Assembly: GCA_013289325.1 (NCBI GenBank)
Contig: JABDAE010000002.1
Location: 1,199 to 65,198, forward strand
From: Chlamydiota bacterium
GTDB lineage: Bacteria; Chlamydiota; Chlamydiia; Chlamydiales; Parachlamydiaceae
Direction: 5' to 3'
Length of the DNA stretch: 64,000 bases
Part shown: positions 39,401-48,481 of the stretch, piece after piece
How the letters are laid out: every line of letters begins with the position of its first letter
How positions within the stretch are numbered: position 1 is the stretch's first letter
The notes under the pieces: model-generated
Seen by the model: only the letters and a program-made list of their open reading frames with translations
What the model was told of the DNA's origin: nothing
The model's database searches: none
Position numbers and translations under genes: made by a program

Positions 39401-41097
39401 GTCTCAAAATCAAGTGAAAAGGTCCCTTTAAATCTTGTTGGAGAGGTGGGCTCTTCACCGCTTATGCTTTTTAATTCACACGTCAGATATTGATTTTCGA
39501 GTACCATATCGCGCGCGTCATACTTAACATCACATCCTTTCTCATTAAAAGTCCCCTGAACTTCTCCAATGCCACTTAAAAACAACTCATCTCTTGTAAA
39601 CATCAGAGGAGATAAATATTTTCTTAAGACTAAGTGATCGATCTTAAACCAACCGTCAAATGGACTTTTAGATACCCCCTCCTCTTTCTCCGTATTAAGA
39701 TTGATGTGGACACCAAATGGGATCTTGACCCCTTCCCCACATTCTGATGAAAGTAAAACCTCTCCATTTACGCGAAATTCAGCATCGTGTTTATTGACCT
39801 TTCCAAACAGCATTATTTGATCGCCCCCAAAATTTTGAGCAATCGCCCTTCGATTCTCATTGGGTAAATAGGGTAAAAGTCCTTTGAGAGCTCCCTCAAA
39901 ATTAAAACTAGCAGAGGGTCCAGTTCCCGTTCCATCGAGTTGAATGTTACCTTTAACGCCTGCAATATCCCCATACGCGATCGATTTTTGTAAAATGCCA
40001 CCGCGTACCTTAAGCGCTGTCTTGATATTTTTGATTTGCAAAAGGTTTTCTTCCGCCTCTTTCTTTACAGCATTCCCATTCAACGTAATCGTCCCTAAAA
40101 GGATGTCTAAATCGGCGTTCAAAGTTGTTAAAGGTTTTTCTGCTAGGACGTCTAAAATGAAGTTATCAATTGAAAGTCCCGGAATTTCCGCAAGGGCCCC
40201 ATAAAGTGGATAAGAAATAAGGAGATCTTTTGCAAAGAGTTTGCCTTCTGCAACCGGAGAGCTATCTTTTGCAAATCTTGCCTTCATTGTACCGTCGATA
40301 GACCCTCTTAAAATCTCGCAAGGCAAACTATCAGGAGAAATCGCTTCTAATATATCTCCTAAAGAAGAAAGAGGAGTCTCTTTAAAATTGCATTCGAGTA
40401 AAAAAGAAGGGGTCTGAAGATGGGTATTTTCTGAAAAAGTCAATGCAATCTCAAGGGAAGCTAAAATGCGACTTTTAAGCCAAACCTGTAATGAAGTTAA
40501 AGATGAAGTAGATTCCACTTGGAATTGAAAAGGGGGAACCGGCTTCCCATTTTTTGGATGAAAAAACATCTGTCCATTTGGAATGCTGACATTGGCATTG
40601 ACATGGAATAAACTGCTACTTGTGCCAAAGTTTAAGCGCTTTAAAAGCTTTTTCAACTCTTTTGCCCCATCCCCGACATCAACTTTAAGATCGGTAAAAA
40701 AAGCTAAAACCCCAAGTTTACGAGCTGAAAAGAGAACATTTGCCCGCATAGAAACCTTTTCAGCCTGTAAAGAAAAGCCCCCCTTTTCCAAAGATTTTAC
40801 CGATGTTAAAGCCGGGTGATCAAACACCCAATTCCCATCTTCGACTTTGATCCCTTTATAAGAAAGCGTGCTATTTAAAAAAAGGCGGCAGTAGATTTTG
40901 CAGCTATTTTGTACCAAGGAAGACGCGATGTTGTCTTGCCAATACCAACCAATAGCAGCAGTTATCAAGAGAAAAAAAATAATGATTAAACGGCGCTTTG
41001 GCATCAAAAAAATTACCTTAAAGAGTAGACTTCTTGCAAGTTGTCTAGTTAATTTTGCTTGATTTGTCCTTTTCACGCAACTTTTAATCCTATTCAA
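36439..41097 (-). CDS. Giant membrane-anchored protein, TamB/AsmA-like (tentative)
   Basis: 1552 aa with a single N-terminal TM helix ([17 protein letters not shown]) and beta-rich composition throughout. The family assignment rests on size and architecture only. Confidence 0.45.
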   Translation of the reverse strand: MNRIKSCVKRTNQAKLTRQLARSLLFKVIFLMPKRRLIIIFFLLITAAIGWYWQDNIASSLVQNSCKIYCRLFLNSTLSYKGIKVEDGNWVFDHPALTSVKSLEKGGFSLQAEKVSMRANVLFSARKLGVLAFFTDLKVDVGDGAKELKKLLKRLNFGTSSSLFHVNANVSIPNGQMFFHPKNGKPVPPFQFQVESTSSLTSLQVWLKSRILASLEIALTFSENTHLQTPSFLLECNFKETPLSSLGDILEAISPDSLPCEILRGSIDGTMKARFAKDSSPVAEGKLFAKDLLISYPLYGALAEIPGLSIDNFILDVLAEKPLTTLNADLDILLGTITLNGNAVKKEAEENLLQIKNIKTALKVRGGILQKSIAYGDIAGVKGNIQLDGTGTGPSASFNFEGALKGLLPYLPNENRRAIAQNFGGDQIMLFGKVNKHDAEFRVNGEVLLSSECGEGVKIPFGVHINLNTEKEEGVSKSPFDGWFKIDHLVLRKYLSPLMFTRDELFLSGIGEVQGTFNEKGCDVKYDARDMVLENQYLTCELKSISGEEPTSPTRFKGTFSLDFETGRTNAGYAIINGTYFEKATGLLFTDIYALLKVTDGHAHLSNVEACCNGIFFSDGALHADWSKPGDGVFAFDISAKTMQGKLSQVQDIFLHFPKPLFLSKIPLEGNVDFSPKGGYLKMRFWKEDYDFEALCEGAITDGFLTSKVADIALQEVSMNFQYDHLANTLDFTDLQGTLLVGAKDQMEEYAIGSEQLYFSDFENNVMEFDVWVGNKDRNILRAVGSTKQVLSQDGSYIEVSLDKSLSHFGKAYPTDFSLSMTDLCQLKDFHLEFDFKLHSLLKDLQRLGRTGLFYLPKSIMKTFNDLPYAQGGFKAVLDYSDKDDLFLYYIAGERLRILSHECDQFILTGKKKGNLWSVGQLQLDEISLALDVQRKDDTLDIQFLGGRFGNTLLFGMEGRYDLKKMVVDAKVNLLEVDLKEFGKEKVQSLEGKFHAVGDIQIKVDPTLPKGLSVEVHGKGSLKGARIKDFALNDISDISFQYDLESGVNIKNMATSIHSIVDGARLIDLHLQRIKGDLPRDTFIVEGLSFNLPSSQLPWLVNTFKQKFPSLLPSFAENQLKHLKQSGNVEGEVFLTYSALGPSMRVSLKDDIYRFLDKEYPLKDFAFEYTPSAIKASTLYTIGKEVVQLSMHSAFKNLESGQLTLQPLKVEGAYPDSLALKWKVDPNHGYYIEEIRGKLHGICCNLAQNFQKPLEDNSLKMIGHVELDFTKAKNLFEPSIAEALTNYGIGKGYSLEGELNIDKDDTKEWADRLTFQGTLFGSEFTFLGYTFSHFFADLDHSSDLTTLKRLQLIDPSLTVALPTLAFASKAKGVMVPSLEVTNFRPALLRKISGKTPYQSRSLVVERMDIHDLTGILGERKSFSGKGSLSFSNPPKMGLKHTIFAIPAEILTRIGLDLDVLTPVCGNIDFFIEDEKVVLKRFKDMYSKKKVSKFALRNGAGPSYLDFDGNLNLAVKMKQYNLIFKLAELFTVSVQGTIWKPTYSLRKIDSKGG

Positions 41098-41171
41098 AAA
41101 TAGATGGTTTTGTTTACATTGACAATATTAAACAAAAATTGTTAAGATTAAATCTCTAATTATTATTTGGT

Positions 41172-42479
41172 ATGAGACAGTTTTCTGTTCAAAAATCGAG
41201 TTTAAAAGGAGTCATAACAGCTCCTCCCTCTAAATCGCATACCTTGCGCGCGATTCTTTTTGCCTCTTTAGCCAACGGAAAAAGCACGATCTATAATTAC
41301 CTTCAATCGCCCGATACTACAGCCATGATTGAAAGCTGTAGATTATTTGGTGCAAGCCTTAACATATTCCCAACATATCTTGTCATCAATGGTACAGGCG
41401 GAAAAATTGAGCACATAAACCTAAAAAGTGTGATCGATGCGGGTAACTCAGGCATTGTACTGCGTTTTTGTGCAAGTGTGGGAGCTTTAGCTACTACCCC
41501 CTTTATCGTGACAGGCGATCATTCCATTTGCCACCAAAGAAGGATGCAACCGCTCATCGATGGATTAACGCAGCTTGGCGCCTTGGCCATTTCCATGCAA
41601 GGCGATGGCTTTGCGCCTCTTACGATCCAAGGCCCTATTACAGGAGGTGTCGCTTGCATCGACGGAGAGGATTCACAACACGTTTCAGCTCTATTAATTG
41701 CCGCCGCCTTTGCAAATGAGCCCATTGAAATCAAAGTTAATCACCCAGGAGAAAAACCTTGGGTAGCGCTGACACTAGATTGGTTTGATCGCCTCGGTAT
41801 CCCTTACGAAAACAAAGACTTCACCCATTATCGCATAAAGGGAAATAGCCTCTATAATGGATTTGAATATCATGTTCCAGGAGATTTTAGCTCGGCGGCA
41901 TTTCCAATTGCTGCCGCAATCGTCACCAAGTCCAATCTCACCATCCAAAACCTTGACGTATCAGATGTTCAAGGAGATAAAGAGATCATCCCCATTTTGC
42001 AAAAGATGGGGGGTGCAATTGAAATCGACACTTCCACAAAAAGCGTCCGTGTCTTTGGAGAAAACCCGCTCGTAGGCATGCCGATTGACATTAACAATTG
42101 CATTGACGCCATTACGATCTTAGCTGTTATCGCCTGCTTTGCAAAAGGAGAAACTCTGCTTTATAACGGCGCTGTTGCCAAACATAAAGAATGCAACAGA
42201 ATCAAAAGCATTGCCTTTGAGCTTAGTAAAATGGGGGCAAAGATTCAAGAGACTGAAGATGGGCTCCGTATTCAATGTTCAGCTCTTTATGGAGCAAAAG
42301 TTCACTCACATCAAGATCATCGGATGGCAATGTCATTATGCGTAGCAGGCCTTACAGCTGAAGGAACCACTCACATTTCTTCTATTGAATGCGTCGCCAA
42401 GACCTTTGCCACCTTTCATGAGGACTTTAAGGCAATTGGCGCCATAATCAAAGAAACGGCTGTTCGAGATGGCAAGTAA
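41172..42479 (+). CDS. aroA: 3-phosphoshikimate 1-carboxyvinyltransferase (EPSP synthase); last 8 codons and stop derive from a repeat remnant
   Basis: APPSKSHTLRAILFASLA, DAGNSGIVLRF and HQDHRMAMSL motifs. The C-terminus ...IKETAVRDGK* is element-derived. Confidence 0.95.
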   Translation: MRQFSVQKSSLKGVITAPPSKSHTLRAILFASLANGKSTIYNYLQSPDTTAMIESCRLFGASLNIFPTYLVINGTGGKIEHINLKSVIDAGNSGIVLRFCASVGALATTPFIVTGDHSICHQRRMQPLIDGLTQLGALAISMQGDGFAPLTIQGPITGGVACIDGEDSQHVSALLIAAAFANEPIEIKVNHPGEKPWVALTLDWFDRLGIPYENKDFTHYRIKGNSLYNGFEYHVPGDFSSAAFPIAAAIVTKSNLTIQNLDVSDVQGDKEIIPILQKMGGAIEIDTSTKSVRVFGENPLVGMPIDINNCIDAITILAVIACFAKGETLLYNGAVAKHKECNRIKSIAFELSKMGAKIQETEDGLRIQCSALYGAKVHSHQDHRMAMSLCVAGLTAEGTTHISSIECVAKTFATFHEDFKAIGAIIKETAVRDGK

Positions 42480-42491
42480 TAGACATCTTGC
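42446..42491 (+). repeat. Degenerate partial copy (TSD-like ATAAT plus first ~41 nt) of the 163-bp element
   Basis: ataatcaaagaaacggctgttcgagatggcaagtaatagacatcttgc versus ataatcctagaaacggcagttcgagatggcaaattaatgcaagatcttg at 42492-42540. Confidence 0.75.
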
Positions 42492-42496
42492 ATAAT

Positions 42497-42659
42497 CCTA
42501 GAAACGGCAGTTCGAGATGGCAAATTAATGCAAGATCTTGAATTAGAATCACTTTGCAATGGGGTGGGACATTCCCAAAGGGTGTTGGACCACCCCATTG
42601 CAAATGATTCTGGTTCAAGATCTTGCATTAATTTGCCATCTCGAACTGCCGGATTTAGG
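42497..42659. mobile_element. 163-bp element, copy 4 (intergenic, chimeric; outer ~29 bp of stem perfectly base-paired from position 16 inward; TSD ATAAT)
   Basis: ataat occurs at 42492-42496 and 42660-42664. Left arm ...ttcgagatggcaaattaatgcaagatcttgaa. Right arm ttcaagatcttgcattaatttgccatctcgaa... Confidence 0.9.
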
Positions 42660-42701
42660 ATAATCGGCAATGCCGCATTCCTCAGCACGCAAAGGCGCCC
42701 T

Positions 42702-43211
42702 TTAAGTCTTGACGTACATCCCACTATACTGCTCTCGAAGGGACGTATTCCTGGAATCGATATAGAAGATCATGTCCTTTTTAAGTAGTTGCTCATACCG
42801 CTCAAACACCTGGTCTGTCGATTGAATCACAGGACCTAGAAGACCTGTACAGTGGAAAATCTGGTCGGCAGCCAAAGCAATGGCGACATGCGAGATGAGG
42901 TTTGGCAGCTCTCGCCGTTTTAGGAAAAGCAGATCTCCTGTTTTAAGCTCGGCAGCATCGATAATGTGCAAGTCCCAATGAGATAGGCTCATTAGACGAG
43001 GCATATCTCCAATCCAGGCACGAGGAAGGTTGATCTGAAAGACCTTTTGCATAAGGTAATGAACCGCCGTCACACAATCGGTTTTTGCAGGAGCCTCTTT
43101 GAGTGATACCGTGCGTTGATAAGAAGAGCATTTCAACTCAGATACCGCGACATTTAAAACCTTTTGATCAACGGGTAAATCACGAGAAAAACGGAGGACT
43201 GCAACTGTCAT
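42702..43211 (-). CDS. NlpC/P60-like (C40) cysteine peptidase domain protein
   Basis: Cys in DCVTAVHYL and His in ISHVAIAL, with GDLLFL between them, as in NlpC/P60. Confidence 0.55.
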   Translation of the reverse strand: MTVAVLRFSRDLPVDQKVLNVAVSELKCSSYQRTVSLKEAPAKTDCVTAVHYLMQKVFQINLPRAWIGDMPRLMSLSHWDLHIIDAAELKTGDLLFLKRRELPNLISHVAIALAADQIFHCTGLLGPVIQSTDQVFERYEQLLKKDMIFYIDSRNTSLREQYSGMYVKT

Positions 43212-44587
43212 CTAACCTCTTGCTTTCTTGCTAAAGGCTTTAACAACAACACTCCTGCAGTAGAAACCCCTAGGATCACTAGGGGCAGGGCGGCTGTCCA
43301 TGTGAGGCCGGTTTGAACCACGAGAAAGGTCGCAACGGCGGGCATGGGGGCACCGAAAAACTTAGATCCAAAAGTGGAGGCCAGGCTTCCGATGAGAAAC
43401 CGGTGGTGGGTGGGAAGGTGCTCAAGTTTCCAGGCGTGATAGGGAGCAGCGAGGGCAACGCCGAAGGTAACAAAGAGGAGACGGACCATAGCGGCATGTC
43501 CCCAGGAAGCGTTGTCCAGGGATGCGAAAAGAGGGATGGCAAAAAAGGCTGTGAGCAAAGCCGCGGTGGCCATCAGCTTTTCTTGGGAGATCCAACGACA
43601 AAGGAAGCCGAAGCCGAGCAAGAGGAAAAAGTCGATCCAGAGCAGATGAGTGTTGAAGAGAAGAACATCGGCTCTGGAAAGGTCGGTGATTTTAGGAAGG
43701 AAGCCATTGAGAAAAACTGTCACGAGAAAATAGTTAGCATATGAAAATCCTGAAACGATCGAAATGCGAAAGATAAGATGTTTGTTCTCCCAGAGGATTT
43801 TCCAAGAAAAGGGGGCAGGTTTGAACTCGGGAGATTCTTCCGCATGGTACCGGAAGAAGAGACCAAACAGGCCTGCAGCGGCTCCAAGCCAAAAGAGGAG
43901 CCTCCAGTGGTTTTCGCCAAACTGACTGGCTAGAGCTGAGGCCAAAAAGATCCCAAGGATTCCAGAGGCATCGTAGAGGGCGCTCATCCACGGCCGTTTT
44001 TCCAAAGCAGTGTGTTCCAGGAGGTAGAGGGCAGCTCCTTTTTCTTCTCCTGCTGCAAAAAATCCCTGGAAGAGACGACAAAAGGCCAGCACAATCCAAG
44101 CATTCTGCGTAAGAGGCAAACACCCCATGGCAGACGTCGATAGTGCCATTCCAATGAGGCTATTGATCAACGCCGGTTTTCTTCCCCATCGATCTCCCAC
44201 CCATCCCCAAAAGAGGGCTCCGAGCGGCTTTGCTAGTACCCTAAGGGGAAGAAGAGCAAAGATCAAAAAAAGAGCCTCCATTCCCTCTTTTCCTGGGAAA
44301 AGAATGGGGGCCAAAAAAGGAGCCATCCACCCAAAAAGCGAAGAGTCGTAGTGGTTAAGAACATTGCCAATCAGGGCGCCAGCCTGGCTTGCGCTCAAGC
44401 GATGACGTAAAGAAACTTTTCCCACACTCCCTCCGCTAGTATGACCTAGATCAGGTTCTAAGGGTTGGTCGTAGTGACCTTTCAGCCCACAATTGAGGGC
44501 ACCCCTGGTGAACGAGTACGATTTTAACGAACCACCTCTTGATTTGTCAAGACAGATAAAATCCTTGCGAAAAATCTTCCTTAGCAA
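43208..44587 (-). CDS. MFS transporter (metabolite:H+ symporter / ProP-like); start codon uncertain
   Basis: 12-TM pattern. GWVGDRWGRKPAL (MFS motif A). Noticeably G+C-rich. The first ~55 aa of the track ORF are not transporter-like; a GTG after GGAGGGAG near 44422 is an alternative start. Confidence 0.75.
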   Translation of the reverse strand: MLRKIFRKDFICLDKSRGGSLKSYSFTRGALNCGLKGHYDQPLEPDLGHTSGGSVGKVSLRHRLSASQAGALIGNVLNHYDSSLFGWMAPFLAPILFPGKEGMEALFLIFALLPLRVLAKPLGALFWGWVGDRWGRKPALINSLIGMALSTSAMGCLPLTQNAWIVLAFCRLFQGFFAAGEEKGAALYLLEHTALEKRPWMSALYDASGILGIFLASALASQFGENHWRLLFWLGAAAGLFGLFFRYHAEESPEFKPAPFSWKILWENKHLIFRISIVSGFSYANYFLVTVFLNGFLPKITDLSRADVLLFNTHLLWIDFFLLLGFGFLCRWISQEKLMATAALLTAFFAIPLFASLDNASWGHAAMVRLLFVTFGVALAAPYHAWKLEHLPTHHRFLIGSLASTFGSKFFGAPMPAVATFLVVQTGLTWTAALPLVILGVSTAGVLLLKPLARKQEVR

Positions 44588-44623
44588 TAAACTCTTAGCA
44601 TTTTATTATCACAATTATAGATA

Positions 44624-47600
44624 ATGCCTATCTCTCAACTGAACGCTGTCGTTGCAGGCACTATACCGCTTTTACCTATTCATCATAGCTATTTCCTCGA
44701 CCCTACAGAACAATCCTCTACATTGAAATCTACTCTCAAAGCTGCACTGATCGGCAGTGCAACGTTGGTTGGAGGCGCAATTGGTATTTATTATGCCAGT
44801 AGATTTTTTGGTAGTAGTAATGCAATCGCCGTGCAAAAAGTGGAAAAACTAGACATAGACATTTCCCTTCCACATAACATACAAAGCAGAGCATTACCTA
44901 TATTGCAGATGGATTTGATTAAGGATCGGGTGATGGACATTAATAAAGGTGAAAAATTCAGTCTCCAGGTTGATGGCAAACAATATTGTCAAGACGCATA
45001 CCTTGTTTCTTATTCTTCACCAAACCCCTTTCCCCCTTGGGTGGCTTTCTCTTTCCCAATTTCTACTTTTTATATACCGGGCCCCCCATCTGGCATCTCT
45101 ATTAAGGGTAATTTTGCTTTTGTCGCCGCTAGAAATGCGGGTCTTCAAATTGTTGATATCTCCAATATCTATAAACCTATTCTTATTAGTAATTTTTCTA
45201 CTTCCGGTTCTGCGCGGGGGGTTAGCGTTTTTGGCAATTTAGCGTTCGTTGCAGCTGATGATCAGGGAGTGCAGGTTGTCAATATCGAAACTGTATCTAA
45301 GCCTTATTTTGCTGGTAAGTTTTCCTTTTCTCCTTCAGCAAGGGGGGTTTGTGTGGCTGGCAATTTTGCCTTTATAGCCGCTTTTGAGAAGGGACTTCTA
45401 ATTGTGAACATCTCGAATATATCTCAGCCATATCTTGTGAGTAGCTACCCTTCTGTGATTGCTCTAGGTGTCTACGTTGTTGGAAATCTGGCTTATGCGG
45501 GAGATTATACCGGAGTGAAAATCATCAATATTGCGAACATATCCAACCCGACTCTTGCGGGTCAAATTCTTACTAGTGGTTATATAAACAATGACTTTGT
45601 TATAAATAATTTTGCTTATCTTGTCGGAGCCAGTGGACTTCAAATTTTTAATCTTTCTGATAAAAACAACCCATATCTTGCTGCTAAGCTTTCTATCCAA
45701 GGGATTGCCCTAGGAGTTGCTGTCATCAATAATTTCGCAATTGTTGCTGCTAGAGAGGCTGGGCTGCAAATTATCAATCTCAGTCAACTCGCTATTTCCG
45801 CTTTTAGCACTAAAATTGACCAATCTATTATTAATCTTAATATTGTATGTTCTAACAAAATATACTCTGATTCTTTTTTACTTTCTTTTTCAAAACCACC
45901 ACAAAAAAAAACGACTTCTCTCACTGATTTATCTATGATGCCCTTTGCAGATCTTTCCTTCTATTTTAAAGGAGATTCTTTTTTCACTAGCGCCATCACC
46001 CCGTTTTTATCTCTAAGTGCCTCCTTGACTAATGGTCTCCCGCTTCCTTCTTGGATTCGATTTTCAATAAAACCTCAACGAATCTCTACCTTTAATCTCG
46101 TCGCATTTGCAAACAATATGGTAAAGATTGAAAACACTTTATTTATTGCAGCCTCTGGTCAAGGATTTCTTATTATTGACGTTACAAACCCTGAAAATCC
46201 AAATAAAATTGGAAGTATTTTAACAACAAATACACAAGACATTGCAATTGTGAATAACACAGCTTTTGTAGCAAGTGACGCACCAACAGCCCAATTTAAT
46301 TGGCCTGGTTTGCGAATTGTTAATATCTCTAATAAAGCTCTCCCAACTATTTTAGGAGCGTATCCAATAGCAGGAGGAGCATTTGGTGTAGCTGTATTCA
46401 ATGATACAGCATACGTAATAGATCATGTAATTGGCTTACAAATTCTTAACGTTAAGAATAAAACCAATCCTTCTTTCATCGGGAGTTGTAAAATACCTGG
46501 AATAGGACTTGGACTCTCTGGAACAGCTCTTTTTACTAGAGTTTATTTAATTAATAACGTTGTCTTTACGACTGATTCAAGCAACAATTTTTACACCATT
46601 GACGTTAGTAATAAATCAAACCCGTTTTTAATTCAAAATACCACGCTCCCACCCTACTCAAAAAAAGCATCCGGTGCTTCATTTCAGGACAATATGGTCT
46701 TTATCCCTTATCAAGACCAAGGATTACTTATTTTTGATACTAGTAACGAAACCAACCCCTTGTTACTTGGTTTGTTTCCAACAAATTATCGAATACACTC
46801 CTCGGCCGTTTCAGGTAAGTTTGCCTACCTGGGCAGTAGCATTGTTGATATCATCGATCTAGACAATTGGGCATTTACCGGTCAACCCACACCCGCCGAT
46901 GCTGGTAATTACCCCATCAAACTCACTGCAAAAGACTCCATCGGCAACACTGCCTTTGACTCATTCACTATCCGAGTCGAAGGCCCACCCTTCCGACAAC
47001 ACCCTTTGCCTGATGTATTTATCAAAACTAGAGTCTCATTCACCTATTTTGTCAATGAGGATACTTTCAAAGATCCAAATAACGATCCTTTAACCTACAG
47101 CGCATCTTTAGCAAATGGTAACCACCTGCTTCCCGAATGGCTATCTTTTAATCCAGTGGCACAGGCTTTTTTAGGGACTCCTGAAAAACCAGATGCTGGC
47201 ACTTTAAATATTATCGTCTCTGCAAAGGATGCACTTTTTCCACCTATCCAAGCACCATTTAACCTACACATTATCCACGAAAATAAAGCCCCGATTCTGC
47301 TCAACCAAATTCCTACCCAAATTGCTTTCGTCAATCAACCCTTTGCCTACTCTGTTCCAACCAATACTTTTTTTGACGAGGACAACGATCCTTTAAGCTA
47401 TACCACCTCCTTACTCCCTAACTGGCTTACATTCAATCAAGCCACCTTTAAAGGGACCCCGCTCGTCCAAGATGCGAATTTATATGCTACCCGCCAACTC
47501 GAAATCACATTCATCGCAAGTGATGGACAATACACCGCCTCGTCTAGTTTTGGCATTGCTATCAACGGCAGGCCTCCTCAAGTGTTAAATCAAATTTCTT

Positions 47601-48472
47601 CGCAAATTGCCCGAGTGAATCAACCCTTTAATTTCGTTGCCCCCTCCACTACTTTTAACGATATCGACGGAAAATTCACCTATTCCGCTTCATATAGTGA
47701 TGGGCAGCCGCTCACAAATTGGTTAACATTTGATCCAGTAAGTCGTGCGTTCAAAGGCACCCCCGGACCCGGTGACACCGACGTCTACACCGATCGACGC
47801 CTCGAAATTTCTCTAAAAGCAAATGACGGAACAAACTCTGCGACAACTAATTTTGTCATTGCCGTCAATGGAAAATCCTATGTCGAATGGGGCGTGACCA
47901 TTGGAGCGCCGCTGCTCAGTGCTGCCACAACAATTTACGCCCTTTATCGAAAACGTGCCTATCTTTTGAATCACTGGAATGAGAAAAAATATACAAAGAC
48001 ATCACAAACCTTGGCTGTTGGCGAAGAGTTTTCTTATATTTTTTCCTGTAACCATCGAAGTATCCGCAAAGTTGTTGTAAAGGGGCTTTATCAAGAACAC
48101 TGGTTTGGCACAAAGATATTCAATGCCTTAGATAGATCTTTGCTTTGCTGTAGACGCGATATGAAAGAATGGATACCCGTACCAAACGACATTCCGTCTT
48201 GGTTAAAATTTAATGCCAACTCGGGCACGATTAGTTCCCAAAACGGCGGACCTGAAGAGATGGATATAGGGTTGATTCGCGTTCAAGCTATTGGTAATGA
48301 CGAAGTGATTTTAGAGCAGTTTGATATTGAGGTGGTCGAAATAGCAGCTCCAAATCCTGTATTTTCGGCAGAAAGTCAGGCATTTGCTACAGCAGACCAG
48401 AGTGTATCGGAAGGGTATTGGGAGCCAACGGATTTGGGAGCAGGAGTTGTCGCTATGAGGAATTTGGTGTAA
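44624..48472 (+). CDS. Giant surface protein: 12 LVIVD repeats (two beta-propellers), cadherin-like (CADG/He_PIG) domains, a TM helix and a tail
   Basis: GLQIVDISN, GVQVVNIET, GLLIVNISN, GVKIINIAN, GLQIFNLSD, GLQIINLSQ, then GFLIIDVTN, GLRIVNISN, GLQILNVKN, FYTIDVSN, GLLIFDTSN and IVDIIDLDN. Three NDPL(T/S)Y...WL(S/T)F(N/D) cadherin-like units. TM helix WGVTIGAPLLSAATTIYALY followed by RKR. Confidence 0.7.
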   Translation: MPISQLNAVVAGTIPLLPIHHSYFLDPTEQSSTLKSTLKAALIGSATLVGGAIGIYYASRFFGSSNAIAVQKVEKLDIDISLPHNIQSRALPILQMDLIKDRVMDINKGEKFSLQVDGKQYCQDAYLVSYSSPNPFPPWVAFSFPISTFYIPGPPSGISIKGNFAFVAARNAGLQIVDISNIYKPILISNFSTSGSARGVSVFGNLAFVAADDQGVQVVNIETVSKPYFAGKFSFSPSARGVCVAGNFAFIAAFEKGLLIVNISNISQPYLVSSYPSVIALGVYVVGNLAYAGDYTGVKIINIANISNPTLAGQILTSGYINNDFVINNFAYLVGASGLQIFNLSDKNNPYLAAKLSIQGIALGVAVINNFAIVAAREAGLQIINLSQLAISAFSTKIDQSIINLNIVCSNKIYSDSFLLSFSKPPQKKTTSLTDLSMMPFADLSFYFKGDSFFTSAITPFLSLSASLTNGLPLPSWIRFSIKPQRISTFNLVAFANNMVKIENTLFIAASGQGFLIIDVTNPENPNKIGSILTTNTQDIAIVNNTAFVASDAPTAQFNWPGLRIVNISNKALPTILGAYPIAGGAFGVAVFNDTAYVIDHVIGLQILNVKNKTNPSFIGSCKIPGIGLGLSGTALFTRVYLINNVVFTTDSSNNFYTIDVSNKSNPFLIQNTTLPPYSKKASGASFQDNMVFIPYQDQGLLIFDTSNETNPLLLGLFPTNYRIHSSAVSGKFAYLGSSIVDIIDLDNWAFTGQPTPADAGNYPIKLTAKDSIGNTAFDSFTIRVEGPPFRQHPLPDVFIKTRVSFTYFVNEDTFKDPNNDPLTYSASLANGNHLLPEWLSFNPVAQAFLGTPEKPDAGTLNIIVSAKDALFPPIQAPFNLHIIHENKAPILLNQIPTQIAFVNQPFAYSVPTNTFFDEDNDPLSYTTSLLPNWLTFNQATFKGTPLVQDANLYATRQLEITFIASDGQYTASSSFGIAINGRPPQVLNQISSQIARVNQPFNFVAPSTTFNDIDGKFTYSASYSDGQPLTNWLTFDPVSRAFKGTPGPGDTDVYTDRRLEISLKANDGTNSATTNFVIAVNGKSYVEWGVTIGAPLLSAATTIYALYRKRAYLLNHWNEKKYTKTSQTLAVGEEFSYIFSCNHRSIRKVVVKGLYQEHWFGTKIFNALDRSLLCCRRDMKEWIPVPNDIPSWLKFNANSGTISSQNGGPEEMDIGLIRVQAIGNDEVILEQFDIEVVEIAAPNPVFSAESQAFATADQSVSEGYWEPTDLGAGVVAMRNLV

Positions 48473-48481
48473 AAGCGAAGT

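Noticed and set aside
43279-44351. Multiple 60-140-aa ORFs overlapping the MFS transporter gene on both strands
   Set aside because: These are typical shadow ORFs of locally G+C-rich DNA. The 459-aa MFS frame explains the region.
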